Source: Fimbriimonadales bacterium (lineage in GTDB: Bacteria; Armatimonadota; Fimbriimonadia; Fimbriimonadales; JABRVX01). From it: DNA of 48,313 nt. Below the pieces are notes generated by a model. That model saw only the letters and a program-made list of their open reading frames with translations. It was not told where the DNA came from and did no database searches. Where the stretch lies: the NCBI GenBank assembly GCA_045862955.1, contig BTVI01000024.1:1-48313 (forward strand), in the 5' to 3' direction. Made by a program: the position numbers and the translations under genes. How positions within the stretch are numbered: the stretch's first letter is position 1; the number at the start of each line of letters is the position of its first letter. Below are positions 30,017-39,956 of the stretch, piece after piece.

Positions 30017-31428
30017 GCACTGCCGAACACGAACTGCTGTTGGTGCGAGCGCGCGAAGCCCGCGAGCGGCTGGGCGACGGACTACACGACCGTGTCACCG
30101 AGTCGTTGTACTCCGAGGCACAGCGGATCGCCGCCCGAGTGGTCTCCAGTGCCGGCAAGCCCGATTTGCTCAGTCGTCGGCTGGACAAGCTCCTGACGAG
30201 CCGCCTGACCGGGTTTCCGATGATGTTCCTGCTATTCGTAGGCGTGTTCTGGATGACCATCGCGGGGTCGAACATCCCCTCATCGCTCCTCGGCAGTCTC
30301 CTCACGGACTCGCTGTATCACCTGCTGCATTCGGGGGCGGACCGAATCGGTGCACCCTGGTGGCTCAGCGGCCTCCTCATAGACGGTGTGTACTTGGCGA
30401 TCGCTTGGGTTTTCAGCGTGATGCTGCCACCGATGGCCATCTTCTTTCCGCTGTTCACGCTGCTGGAGGACTTCGGCTACCTGCCCCGCGTTGCGTTCAA
30501 CCTGGACAGGCTGTTCAAGGGTGTCGGAGCGCACGGCAAGCAGTCGCTGACGATGATGATGGGCTATGGTTGCAACGCGGCAGGCGTCGTCTCGACTCGC
30601 ATCATAGACAGCCCCAGAGAGCGCCTCATCGCCATCATCACCAACAACTTTTCGATCTGCAACGGCCGTTGGCCTCTGCTGATCCTGATGGGCACGATCT
30701 TTTTGGGTGCGGCCGCGCCACCGTCGCTCGCGTCGCTCATTGCAGCGGGGAGTGTGGTGGGGGTCTCACTACTGGGCGTGGCCTTTGCCATGGGAGTGTC
30801 GCTGTTCCTGTCTCGCACCTGGCTGAAGGGGGAAGCGTCGGCGTTCAGCCTCGAGCTTCCGCCTTACCGTCCGCCCCGCCTCTTACAGACCCTGTACACC
30901 TCTCTCATAGACCGCACGCTCATCGTCCTAAAGCGGGCGATGATCATGGCAGCACCTGCAGGTGCCGTGATCTGGCTGATCGGCAACGTCCATGTCGGGA
31001 CCGACAGCATTGCCGCCCACATGGCACGCGGCCTAGATCCCCTCGGGCTGTCCGTCGGTCTGAACGGCGTGATCCTGCTGGCCTATATTGTTGCGATTCC
31101 TGCCAACGAGATCGTCATTCCCACCGTGATGATGCTGACGCTGACACTGGCGGGCTCGTCGCTCGGCTCGGCTGGCGTGATGTCGGAGTTCGGCGAGGCG
31201 CAGACCAGGGAGATCCTGACGGGCCTAGGCGGGTGGACGGTCCTGACGGGCCTTAACCTGATGCTATTCAGCTTGCTCCACAACCCCTGCAGCACGACAC
31301 TGCTGACGATATGGAGAGAGACGGGTAGCCTGAAGTGGACTGCGGTCTCGGCGCTGCTCCCGGTCGCGCTCGGCTTCGCTGTGTGCTTCCTCACCGCATC
31401 GGTGGCGCGGTTGTTGGGCTGGGCCTAA
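30013..31428 (+). CDS. feoB: FeoB membrane (Gate) module (split FeoB)
   Basis: LEDFGYLPRVAF, GYGCNA, ELPPYR, PANE, HNPC; GTG start overlaps the upstream TGA (GTGA). Confidence 0.88.
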   Translation: MSTAEHELLLVRAREARERLGDGLHDRVTESLYSEAQRIAARVVSSAGKPDLLSRRLDKLLTSRLTGFPMMFLLFVGVFWMTIAGSNIPSSLLGSLLTDSLYHLLHSGADRIGAPWWLSGLLIDGVYLAIAWVFSVMLPPMAIFFPLFTLLEDFGYLPRVAFNLDRLFKGVGAHGKQSLTMMMGYGCNAAGVVSTRIIDSPRERLIAIITNNFSICNGRWPLLILMGTIFLGAAAPPSLASLIAAGSVVGVSLLGVAFAMGVSLFLSRTWLKGEASAFSLELPPYRPPRLLQTLYTSLIDRTLIVLKRAMIMAAPAGAVIWLIGNVHVGTDSIAAHMARGLDPLGLSVGLNGVILLAYIVAIPANEIVIPTVMMLTLTLAGSSLGSAGVMSEFGEAQTREILTGLGGWTVLTGLNLMLFSLLHNPCSTTLLTIWRETGSLKWTAVSALLPVALGFAVCFLTASVARLLGWA

Positions 31429-31470
31429 GCCGCCCGGACCCAATAGACAGCCTCGTGGCCAGCCAATGCG

Positions 31471-31497
31471 AAAGGGCCGACCGTCAAGGTCGGCCCC
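31471..31497. terminator. Hairpin terminator between convergent feoB and the paralog array
   Basis: GGGCCGACC-GTCAA-GGTCGGCCC, short T run on the minus strand. Confidence 0.6.
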
Positions 31498-31519
31498 TGA
31501 AAGCTGAACTTCGTGACTT

Positions 31520-31969
31520 CTATTCGCCCCCTCCCGGGCCGTCGCACAGGATACCCTTGGATCCGACCAGCGTTCCCCACCTGTCGTACAGCAGGTTTCC
31601 GCTGATCGGGTGGAATGCCGCGATGGAGAAGAAATCCGGACCCCAGAAGTTGTCCTCCATTGCGAAGAGGACCAAGCGCGGCGTGCCGTTGACGTAGCCG
31701 TGGCCGCCGATCAACACGCGCTGACCGTCGCACTGGAACAGGTCGAACCGGTTCATGTAAATGCGAACGGCCGGAGCCGCAGCCTCAAGGTACGCGAACT
31801 GCCCGTAGATACCGGCGTCCGTCGCCGCGACCCAGAAGTCCACGGCTGTAACATTACCTCGCGTGTTCACTCCGATGTTCCTGTCAGCCCACGCGATGCC
31901 AGTAGTGGCCTGTGCGTAGGCGGAAATCGCGAACGCCAGCACGGCGATTCCCAGAATGACCTTTCTCAT
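31520..31969 (-). CDS. Small secreted protein, array member 1
   Basis: AAGGAGG RBS, signal peptide; FWVA, GIYG, GYVNGTPR, AFHPIS, LLYDR, LCD. Confidence 0.85.
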   Translation of the reverse strand: MRKVILGIAVLAFAISAYAQATTGIAWADRNIGVNTRGNVTAVDFWVAATDAGIYGQFAYLEAAAPAVRIYMNRFDLFQCDGQRVLIGGHGYVNGTPRLVLFAMEDNFWGPDFFSIAAFHPISGNLLYDRWGTLVGSKGILCDGPGGGE

Positions 31970-32045
31970 CTCCAAACCCTCCTTCGTGTCAATCGCAAAA
32001 TGCGGGCTCGCCAGTGGGATACCCGCAATGTAACGCGCTATCATT

Positions 32046-32148
32046 CTACCACAGCTAAAAAGAATACGGGCCGGGCAAATTGCCCGGCCGCAGATATTCT
32101 GTAACCTTTGACAGCCTGCGCGAACCTACACGCTAGTTGTCGGGCCCG
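32046..32148. repeat. About 100-bp intergenic repeat, copy 1 (terminator-like hairpin plus extended -10)
   Basis: Near-identical to 32678-32780; GGCCGGGCAAATTGCCCGGCC hairpin, then TTCTTTTT and TGGTAGAAT on the minus strand. Confidence 0.85.
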
Positions 32149-32597
32149 TTGGGCAGGTCGCATAGGACAGAGACGCCGCCCCTCGTGAACACTCCCCAGC
32201 GGTCGTAGAGTAGCGTGCCGCTAATCGGGTGGAACGCGGCGATGGCAAATAGGTCCGGGTACCAGACGCCGTCCTGCGCTTGGACTAGTATGACCCGCGG
32301 CGTTCCGTTCAAGTACCCTTGTCCTGCAAAGGCAACTAACATGCCTTCGCAGGAGAACGCCTCGATGCGGTTCATGAAGATCTCCACGTCTGGCTTTGGG
32401 CTCCTCTGCCACTTCTCCGCATAAGCGAACGTGCCGTAGATGCCTGCCTCCGTGGAGGCGACCCAGAACTTCGTGATAGCGTCAGTGTCCCGGGTAGTCC
32501 TGAGCCTGCCTTCGCCGTACGCAATGCCGATCGAGTTCTGTGCAAGAGCAGCTCCCGCAAGCGCCAGGGCAGCGAGGCCGATCAGAAGCTTGTTCAT
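32133..32597 (-). CDS. Small secreted protein, array member 2
   Basis: AAGGAGG RBS, signal peptide, same motifs as member 1. Confidence 0.88.
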   Translation of the reverse strand: MNKLLIGLAALALAGAALAQNSIGIAYGEGRLRTTRDTDAITKFWVASTEAGIYGTFAYAEKWQRSPKPDVEIFMNRIEAFSCEGMLVAFAGQGYLNGTPRVILVQAQDGVWYPDLFAIAAFHPISGTLLYDRWGVFTRGGVSVLCDLPNGPDN

Positions 32598-32677
32598 CTT
32601 TGCAACCCCTCCTTTAGGGTAATAGAAACTGTGAAACCTTCTTCACAGCCGGGGGTGAAATCCCATCTCCTGTCATT

Positions 32678-32780
32678 TTACCACAGCTAATAAGAATACG
32701 GGCCGGGCAATTTGCCCGGCCTCGAATATTCTGTAACCTTTGACAGCGCGCGCGAACCTACACGCTAGTTGTCGGGCCCG
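32678..32780. repeat. About 100-bp intergenic repeat, copy 2
   Basis: Near-identical to 32046-32148. Confidence 0.85.
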
Positions 32781-33229
32781 CTGGGCAGGTCGCAGAGAAC
32801 CGAAACGCCGCCCTGCGTGAACTGGGCATACCGATCGTAAAGCAAAGTCATGCTGATCGGGTGGAAAGCTCCTACCCAGAACAGATCGGGGTACCACACG
32901 CCGTCCAGAGCCTGAACGATGATGACGCGGGGAGTGCTGTTGACGTACCCCTCGCCGTAGAAGGCAACGCCGAGGTCCTCGCAGGAGAACCCGTGGAACC
33001 GGTTGATCCGGATCTCGACATTGTCGGATCGGCCGCCCCGCTGCCTGTCTTCGTACCAGAACTTGCCGTAGACACCGGCTGGCGTCGAGGCGACCCAAAA
33101 GTCGGTCCTCACTGTGGTGCCACGCCCGGTGATCATGAAACCGGATCCGTAGGCGATCCCCTGGGAGTTCTGCGCGAAGGCAGCTACGCCGATCGTGAGT
33201 GCCAAGCAGCCCACTAGAAACTTAGTCAT
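32765..33229 (-). CDS. Small secreted protein, array member 3
   Basis: AAGGAGG RBS before MTKFLVGCL, same motifs. Confidence 0.88.
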   Translation of the reverse strand: MTKFLVGCLALTIGVAAFAQNSQGIAYGSGFMITGRGTTVRTDFWVASTPAGVYGKFWYEDRQRGGRSDNVEIRINRFHGFSCEDLGVAFYGEGYVNSTPRVIIVQALDGVWYPDLFWVGAFHPISMTLLYDRYAQFTQGGVSVLCDLPSGPDN

Positions 33230-33302
33230 ATTCCCTCCTTCAAGTAGAGCAGTGACGATACTCCCCCGCAGACGAGCGAGCACATATTTCACCTAGCTAA
33301 GT

Positions 33303-33331
33303 ATTGTACCATAGGTACCCCTTCTAGCCAA
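33303..33331 (-). promoter_or_regulatory. Sigma70-like promoter for array member 3
   Basis: TTGGCT, 17 bp, TACAAT with an extended TG. Confidence 0.55.
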
Positions 33332-33439
33332 GCCGATTCTTCACTTCTCGCCCCGCCGAAGCGGATACAGGTAGCTTTGCGATCCTTGAACCCGCCAGGT
33401 CGGTCCTGTTCTTGCCGATGAGCGGTTGTCCGCCCGCGC

Positions 33440-33904
33440 CTAGCCAAACGGCCTGCAGAGGACCGTCAGGCCGCCGGTTCGGAACACGCAGTAGCGGTCG
33501 TAAAGCAACGTCATGCTCACCGGATGGAAGGCGCCAACGAGGATCAGGTCCGGTCCAGCGCCGCCATCTAGCATCTCCGCCACGATGTAGCGGGGTGTGC
33601 CATTCAGGTATCCGGGTCCACCGAACGCCGCAGAGTTGCCATTACACCCGAACCCCGCGAATCGGTTCAGACTGATCTCAACCGCGTAGTTGTTGCTGTT
33701 CTGGCCCTGATGCCACTCGACGAACCAGAACCGACCATAGACGCCCGACTGGGATGCCGAGGCTACCCAAAAGTCCACTGCGGCGTCGGTCTTGCGATGG
33801 GTTTCTAGTCGGCCTTTGCCGTACACGATGCCGGCGTCGCTACCGAAAGCGGCAGCGCAGATGCTGAGGATGATGGCCGCACATGCGGCCCGAAGCTTGA
33901 ACAT
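33440..33904 (-). CDS. Small secreted protein, array member 4
   Basis: AAGGAGG RBS before MFKLRAACAAII, same motifs. Confidence 0.85.
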   Translation of the reverse strand: MFKLRAACAAIILSICAAAFGSDAGIVYGKGRLETHRKTDAAVDFWVASASQSGVYGRFWFVEWHQGQNSNNYAVEISLNRFAGFGCNGNSAAFGGPGYLNGTPRYIVAEMLDGGAGPDLILVGAFHPVSMTLLYDRYCVFRTGGLTVLCRPFG

Positions 33905-33921
33905 ATTCCCTCCTTCGTTTC

Positions 33922-34243
33922 TCATCGAACTCGTATGCTGTCGGTCTTGCGGCGAGCTCCGACCCACAAAGGAGTCGCCGAGCCACCGCCGGGAAGGTCG
34001 CACAGCACGCACAAGTAGCCCTCGTTCGAGATCGCCCATCGATCACAGACGAGGTTCATGCTGAACGGGTGAAAGGCTCCGATCGCGAAGAGGTGCTGAC
34101 ATCGGGGATGCGACCCAGAGCCTGAACTCCAAGTGGTTGCCGTAATGGGAGCGGGCCAGCCCTTGGCCGAAAGCGGTCTTCGTCCGACCAATCGCTGAGG
34201 CGCAGAGCGCCAGCTCGGAAAGACCGGCAGAGGTCTTGCTCAT
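33922..34243 (-). pseudogene. Array member 5, internally deleted and frameshifted
   Basis: N-terminal ...FRLWVAS in one frame joins LFAIGAFHPFSMNLVCDRW...VLCDLP in another; the central part is missing. Confidence 0.7.
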
Positions 34244-34511
34244 TCGTGTATCCCTTCCGTCGTGAGAAGCGACTCTACGCGGCGCCCAGCGTGAGCAGAG
34301 GCATAAAGTTCGCGTGGCTAAACACTATGCCACGAGTTTTGCGGTGGACCAACCGCATATCCGCAATCTGCTTGCGGACATGCGCCGAGCAGGGTAAGGA
34401 ACCGGACAGTCGAACGCGGAGCCTGCCCATTCAACACTTCGTGGCACTCGTTCTGCGGGTTCACTGTTAACTTCAATCAGGAAAAGCCTAACGTACACGG
34501 GAGGCCGTACT

Positions 34512-35837
34512 GTGAGACTACTCGCTATTGCTTGCGCTCTCGGCGTTGTCGCCGCCTACGCTGCACCCGAGGACGATATCCTCGCCGGAATCTCGACGAC
34601 CCGCATGATCGACCACATCAAGCACCTGAGCGGCGCGACATCCAACATCAAGAGCCGCTACAGCCCGGACTCCGACACCGTCATCGCGCAGAACTGGCTG
34701 GCTGCTCAGTTCCAGGCACTCGGCTACACCACCATAGTCCAAGACTGGGGCAAATGGAACGGTTACAACTGCGCCGACAACGTGATCGCGCGCAAGGTGG
34801 GAACGAAGTATCCCGGTGAGTACTATGTCATCGGCGGCCACTACGACTCCACCTCGCAGAGTCCTTGGAGTAACGCTCCAGGGGCCGATGATAACGCATC
34901 GGGCACGGTTACCGTACTGGAGGCCGCTATCCTACTGAAGGATTACCCGAGCGACTACTCCATCGAGTTCATCGCCTTCTGCGGTGAGGAGCAGGGCCTG
35001 TTAGGTAGCACCTACTACTGCAACAATCCCGCAGGCAGATTCTGGAAGGGTGCGATCATACTCGACATGACCGGCTACGAGACCACTCCTGGCACGCCAA
35101 TGTACGTCGGAGCGACGACCAACTCCACGTTCGCCAACTGGTTGAGAGATGTCGGCGCAGAAGTGAACCCGACTCGGACGATCTCGAGGTTCACCTATGC
35201 TTCGGGAGCGAGCGACAACTACCCGTTCTATCAGAAGAACGTTCCCGAAGCACTGATCATCGAGGGCACGCCATCTATGATCTGGGGTGGATCGAACCCC
35301 TACTACCACTCCACGGGTGACACATGGGACAAGATCACTCCCAGCTTCATGGAAGTGGCGGCACGGATGGGGATCGCGGGCTTGATCCGCAAGGCCGGCA
35401 TCTACAACGGTGACGCCGCCGTGCTGATGACCGAGTACTCCGGTAACCGCGCGAACGTAACCGTCGAAGTTCAACGTCGAGCTCCGGGCAGTACGGTGCC
35501 TCTGGCCACCTACTACGTGCCACTCGACTCCGCAGGGGTGTTCCGCATTCCGGACGCCGTTCCCGCAGGCACGTGGGACTTCGCCGTCAAGGCGCCGGGT
35601 TGGCTGAGGGACGTCAAGGCCTCGGTCTCCATCCCGAACGCGGCGGGCATCAGCTTTACGCTGATTCCCGGTGACGCGAATGGTACCAACTCGGTGGACG
35701 TGAGCGACTTGAACGCGATTCTCACCGTCTTCGGGGATGCGGGCACACCGCACACCGACATCGATGGCAGCGGTGCGGTAGACCTAGCAGATCTCACGCT
35801 CGTCCTCAGCCACTTCGGCGAGGTGGGGGACGAGTAA
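34512..35837 (+). CDS. Secreted M28 aminopeptidase with C-terminal dockerin-like domain
   Basis: HYDS, GADDNASG, GEEQG, SDN, NPYYH; GDANGTNSVDVSDL and DIDGSGAVD. Confidence 0.9.
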   Translation: MRLLAIACALGVVAAYAAPEDDILAGISTTRMIDHIKHLSGATSNIKSRYSPDSDTVIAQNWLAAQFQALGYTTIVQDWGKWNGYNCADNVIARKVGTKYPGEYYVIGGHYDSTSQSPWSNAPGADDNASGTVTVLEAAILLKDYPSDYSIEFIAFCGEEQGLLGSTYYCNNPAGRFWKGAIILDMTGYETTPGTPMYVGATTNSTFANWLRDVGAEVNPTRTISRFTYASGASDNYPFYQKNVPEALIIEGTPSMIWGGSNPYYHSTGDTWDKITPSFMEVAARMGIAGLIRKAGIYNGDAAVLMTEYSGNRANVTVEVQRRAPGSTVPLATYYVPLDSAGVFRIPDAVPAGTWDFAVKAPGWLRDVKASVSIPNAAGISFTLIPGDANGTNSVDVSDLNAILTVFGDAGTPHTDIDGSGAVDLADLTLVLSHFGEVGDE

Positions 35838-35901
35838 GCACCCTTCGAAATCGCACTCCGGCCGAGATGCCGGAGTGCCTGCCTGGGAAAGGGCGTCCGT
35901 C

Positions 35902-37215
35902 ATGAGAACGCTGATAGCTTTTCTGCTCGTTCTATCGCTCCGAGCCATCCATGCCGACCCGCTGACAGACATCGGAGGAAGCGTGTCCGCGACGCGACTG
36001 ATGGACACCGTGAAGTACCTGAGTGGCGCGACATCTTCCATCGCCACGCGTTACTCGCCTACGGCAGGCTCCGTTGCTGCTCAGAACTGGCTGAAGGGTC
36101 AGTTCGAAGCCCTCGGGTATCCCACCGTGCTGCAGGATTGGGGCACCTATCAGGGCTACCCGTGCTCGGACAACGTCATCGCCCGCAAACTGGGTGTCCA
36201 ACATCCGGACATCATCTACGTGATCTGCGCGCACTACGACTCCGTGTCCAACAATCCGTGGAACCTCGCACCGGGGGCAGACGATAATGCGAGTGGCACT
36301 TCCGCGGTTCTGGAAGCTGCCTATCTGCTGCGAGATTACCCGACCGACTACACCATAGAGTTCGTGGCGTTCTCTGGCGAAGAGCAAGGGCTGTACGGTA
36401 GTAAGTACTATGTGCAGAACCCCGGCGGCAGACAGTGGGCCGGGGCGATCGACCTGGACATGATAGGGTATGCGCCAGTGGCCAACCCTTCACTTTGGGT
36501 GGTTTCGTGCAAGAGCCCATCCCCCCTCGCCGATCTGGTCAAGACCATAAGCCTTTCCCTCAATCCTGGCACTCCCGTTGTTCGATACACCTATCCTTAC
36601 GGTGTTAGTGATAACTACCCCTTCTACCAGCGCAACGTCCCGGAGTGTCTGCTGATCGAGCACGACTTCGGCGACTCGAACCCCTACTACCACAAGACCA
36701 CCGACACCTGGGACAAGCTGACGGCCGAGTACCTGCGTGTGTGTGCTACGGCAGGGATCGCCTCGGTCGCTTACGCCGCCGGAGTGTCGAATGGCTACGC
36801 AGCGGTGCTGATGCCGGAGTACGCGGGCTCGCGGGCCGGGCTCGGCGTCGAGTTGCAGTTGCGAGAAGCGGGCGGCGGCCCGCTGGTGGCGACCTATGCG
36901 GCGACGCTCGATGCGGCGGGGGTGTTTCGACTGCCGGACGAGCTGCCGCGCGGCACATGGGACCTGGCGGTGAAGGCGCCAGGTTGGCTCCGCCGCGCTA
37001 ACACCAACATCTCCATCCCGAACCTCGCGGGCCTGAGCTTCACCTTGACCCCCGGTGACGTCAACGGCGACAACATGGTGGACATTACGGACATCGCGGT
37101 TCTCCTGGCCCAGTTCGGCCTCTCGAACCCCGGAGCGGACATTGACGGTAGCGGCGCTGTCGGCATCGAGGACCTGAACCTGGTCCTCCTCCACTTCGGC
37201 GAGGCGGGCGACTAG
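35902..37215 (+). CDS. Secreted M28 aminopeptidase with dockerin-like domain, tandem paralog
   Basis: Same motifs; colinear with 34512-35837. Confidence 0.9.
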   Translation: MRTLIAFLLVLSLRAIHADPLTDIGGSVSATRLMDTVKYLSGATSSIATRYSPTAGSVAAQNWLKGQFEALGYPTVLQDWGTYQGYPCSDNVIARKLGVQHPDIIYVICAHYDSVSNNPWNLAPGADDNASGTSAVLEAAYLLRDYPTDYTIEFVAFSGEEQGLYGSKYYVQNPGGRQWAGAIDLDMIGYAPVANPSLWVVSCKSPSPLADLVKTISLSLNPGTPVVRYTYPYGVSDNYPFYQRNVPECLLIEHDFGDSNPYYHKTTDTWDKLTAEYLRVCATAGIASVAYAAGVSNGYAAVLMPEYAGSRAGLGVELQLREAGGGPLVATYAATLDAAGVFRLPDELPRGTWDLAVKAPGWLRRANTNISIPNLAGLSFTLTPGDVNGDNMVDITDIAVLLAQFGLSNPGADIDGSGAVGIEDLNLVLLHFGEAGD

Positions 37216-37346
37216 GCACGAAAGACAGAGACCGGTTTCTGCGAGAGCGCCTCGCATCCCGCGCAGGTACGAGTGCTCTTGCGGCCGCACCCGAGCTGCT
37301 TGCCAGCGTTCGGAACCATGCAGAAGATGCGCGGCGTCGGCCTTCG

Positions 37347-37493
37347 CCAGAACCTAGCAATAATACGGGTAGGCGGGGGGGGGTGATCTGATACGATGCG
37401 GCTAGGAGATGGTGAGATGGACCGCGGACGTCTCACGCTTGCTGTCGTAGCGCCGGCCCTTCTGGCGCTCGCTTTCCCGTGCCCGACACAACC
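37347..37493 (+). repeat. Conserved cassette head, copy 1 (upstream region, G tract, RBS, signal-peptide codons)
   Basis: Highly similar to 40091-40237. Confidence 0.85.
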
Positions 37494-38712
37494 TTGGAAC
37501 GTCCATATCCTTGGTGACGGTCAGGTCGGAGGCCTCTACTGGGAGCCGACCCTCGAGATGGAGATGTGCGAGTTCCAGTTTATCGCAGAGGGGGTACCCT
37601 GGATACCGACCGGGTGCGGCGTGGAGTACGACTGGACATTCAGTGGCTGCGGCGCTGAGCCTTCGAGCAGCGCTGAACCCAACCCGCTCGTCCGGTTCAG
37701 CGAGCCTGGGGTATGCAGGGTCTCGGTAACTGTGCGTGCGCTCGAGGGCCCGAACTGCCAGCCGGGCGAGGGGTCAGCAAGCGGTAGGTACTACGTGATT
37801 GGCGGTCCATTCGACGTGGAGCTGCAGTTCCCCCTTCGGAACTCGCAGCACGACCGGCGGGACCCTAGCCGGGCTTGGTACCTCGCGTACTGGGGCGTAG
37901 ATCCTGCCCAGCCCTCCTGGCCCGCCTATCTGCAGCCCCCGATCTGCGCACGGATCACGGCTCGGTACCAACAGCCCCAGGGCGATGACTTCAAGACGAC
38001 CTACGAGTGGACGTATCCAGTCGACCTCCTGTTCATGATGGGAGGCGAGAACAATGGGACTGAGCTTGCACGTACGGCGGAATTCTACGCGAGAGGCCCA
38101 TCGGCGGAATCCGCGATCACGGTGACGCTGAGCTACGTCTTCTGGCTACTCCAAGACGGTATCTGGACACCCATCGGGTCGGTGGGCGACGACAGTGACT
38201 TCCTTCACGCGGCAGGCGCGAACTACCGCAAGTTCACGTCCCACAAGCCGGCCAAGACCCGTTTCGTCGAGGCCAGCCTCCTCTTGTGCACCCCTCCGCC
38301 ACCGCCGGACCAGCCGATGTACAGAGTTGAGCAGCGGTACCTGTACTGCCTCTATGATCACCTGGGCTACCGGATGCCTGACACGTGGGTGAATGAGCGG
38401 TTCCCGAACGGCGTCCCCGAGGGGTTCCGCCACAACACCCTGTCCGAGTACTGGTGGACCAGGTACGTGGGTGGGGATTGGGACGAGCCCCCGATCGGGC
38501 ACTTCTTTCGGTTTGACATACTCGGGGCAAGCTCTAGTACCTGGATACCGTTTCCATCTGACCCGCCGATCTTCGGGGGGCCCATCCTGCAGGAGTACTG
38601 GGCTGGGTCCAAGGCAGTAGAGCCGGGTTTCCCTGGTGGTTGCCAAGTAGGGGTCCGGGAGATGCGATTCTGGACGGACAAGATCTCGCACACACCTGCC
38701 GATTGGCCATAG
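37417..38712 (+). CDS. Secreted hypothetical protein A1 (PKD/Ig-like N-terminal domain)
   Basis: AGGAG RBS, signal peptide, YDWTFSG...PLVRFSEPG; paralog of 40161-41414. Confidence 0.82.
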   Translation: MDRGRLTLAVVAPALLALAFPCPTQPWNVHILGDGQVGGLYWEPTLEMEMCEFQFIAEGVPWIPTGCGVEYDWTFSGCGAEPSSSAEPNPLVRFSEPGVCRVSVTVRALEGPNCQPGEGSASGRYYVIGGPFDVELQFPLRNSQHDRRDPSRAWYLAYWGVDPAQPSWPAYLQPPICARITARYQQPQGDDFKTTYEWTYPVDLLFMMGGENNGTELARTAEFYARGPSAESAITVTLSYVFWLLQDGIWTPIGSVGDDSDFLHAAGANYRKFTSHKPAKTRFVEASLLLCTPPPPPDQPMYRVEQRYLYCLYDHLGYRMPDTWVNERFPNGVPEGFRHNTLSEYWWTRYVGGDWDEPPIGHFFRFDILGASSSTWIPFPSDPPIFGGPILQEYWAGSKAVEPGFPGGCQVGVREMRFWTDKISHTPADWP

Positions 38713-38722
38713 GAGGTTCAAT

Positions 38723-39949
38723 ATGTGGCGCATCGTCTTGGCACTACTGATACTCTCCGCGCAGTCTTCCGCGCAGTACACGCTCTCACAACTCAGAGAG
38801 GCCGATGCCATCGTTGTCGGCAAGGTGTCGTCTGCGCCGGCCGAAACCGTGCACCTCCCCCTGCGCTACGGCAAGGACAGCCGCCCTGACACCGAGTTGC
38901 CGATGGGCATCTACGAGGTCGAAGTCCTTCAGGTGATCAAAGGGGATGTCGTCGGCAGGCTGCGGATCTTGGCGACCTGCTCCGATCCGAAGCAGATCCA
39001 GCATCGCGGAGCGGAGGAAGAGGCATACGTGGGTCTGTTGCCCCCGGGAGAGAGGATGCTTTTGCTCCTGCGACGCGCGCAAGACGGCCTGATTCTGAGG
39101 GCTCAGTCGCTGGAGGGCGACTACTTCGACGCGCCGCCAGGCGTCGAGTATGCCGTTCTCGACTTCTGGGAGTGCCAACGCCGTTACGTGATCCCAGCCT
39201 CCGCGCCGGATCGGTTCCCGCTGGTTGGAGACTACGTCGCTCGTGACGTGGCTCGCGTCCTTGCGCGCTCCACGGCGCTCAAGGCCGATCCCAGGGCCCA
39301 GATTCCGGCCGAGTACGGCTTCGAGCGCCTGGTGCTCCGGCCTCCTGCCGCTCAGTTGACGCGGGTGCCCAAGGTGCCGCTTCCCGAAGACAAGGATCCG
39401 GATGTGCCGTATCGCGCGCTCGTTGGGCCCGATCCGTATCGGTTCTATCGGGAAGAGATCATCCCCGCTCTCCCTCCCGTTGGCAAGGACACATCCCCCC
39501 TCGAGATCGTCTCCCGTTGGCGCGTTGCGGGCTCCTGGGGAGACCCGGACGCAGCGAAGAAGATCGTTGACGCCGCGCTGGAGCTGGACCCCAAGACCGC
39601 CGACCCGGCCCTAGTCAGCGCGCTCGCTGGCGCAGTCGGGGGGCTGTTCGAGTACCCGAATGGGCGAGAGCAAGCGGGACGCCTCCTGAAGCCTGTCAGG
39701 ATCGAGATCCCGGCGCTGCTGATTGCCGCAATGTACAACGTTGACCTGCCGCAGTATCGTGCGGACTTCGCGAAGACGATCCAAGGCTTCCTGAGCTATG
39801 CCGATCCCGAACTCGTAAGGCGAGCAATGGCCGCGCTCGCTAACATGTACGAAGACCCTGAGCATTACCCGGTGATGACCGGCGAGTGCGGTTTTGAGGC
39901 CGGATCGCGGAACGCGCAGCTTCTGGAGTACTGGCGGAACAAGCCGTGA
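38723..39949 (+). CDS. Secreted hypothetical protein B1 (helical HEAT-like C-terminus)
   Basis: AGGAGG RBS, signal peptide, ends LEYWRNKP like B2. Confidence 0.82.
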   Translation: MWRIVLALLILSAQSSAQYTLSQLREADAIVVGKVSSAPAETVHLPLRYGKDSRPDTELPMGIYEVEVLQVIKGDVVGRLRILATCSDPKQIQHRGAEEEAYVGLLPPGERMLLLLRRAQDGLILRAQSLEGDYFDAPPGVEYAVLDFWECQRRYVIPASAPDRFPLVGDYVARDVARVLARSTALKADPRAQIPAEYGFERLVLRPPAAQLTRVPKVPLPEDKDPDVPYRALVGPDPYRFYREEIIPALPPVGKDTSPLEIVSRWRVAGSWGDPDAAKKIVDAALELDPKTADPALVSALAGAVGGLFEYPNGREQAGRLLKPVRIEIPALLIAAMYNVDLPQYRADFAKTIQGFLSYADPELVRRAMAALANMYEDPEHYPVMTGECGFEAGSRNAQLLEYWRNKP

Positions 39950-39956
39950 GCTGCGA

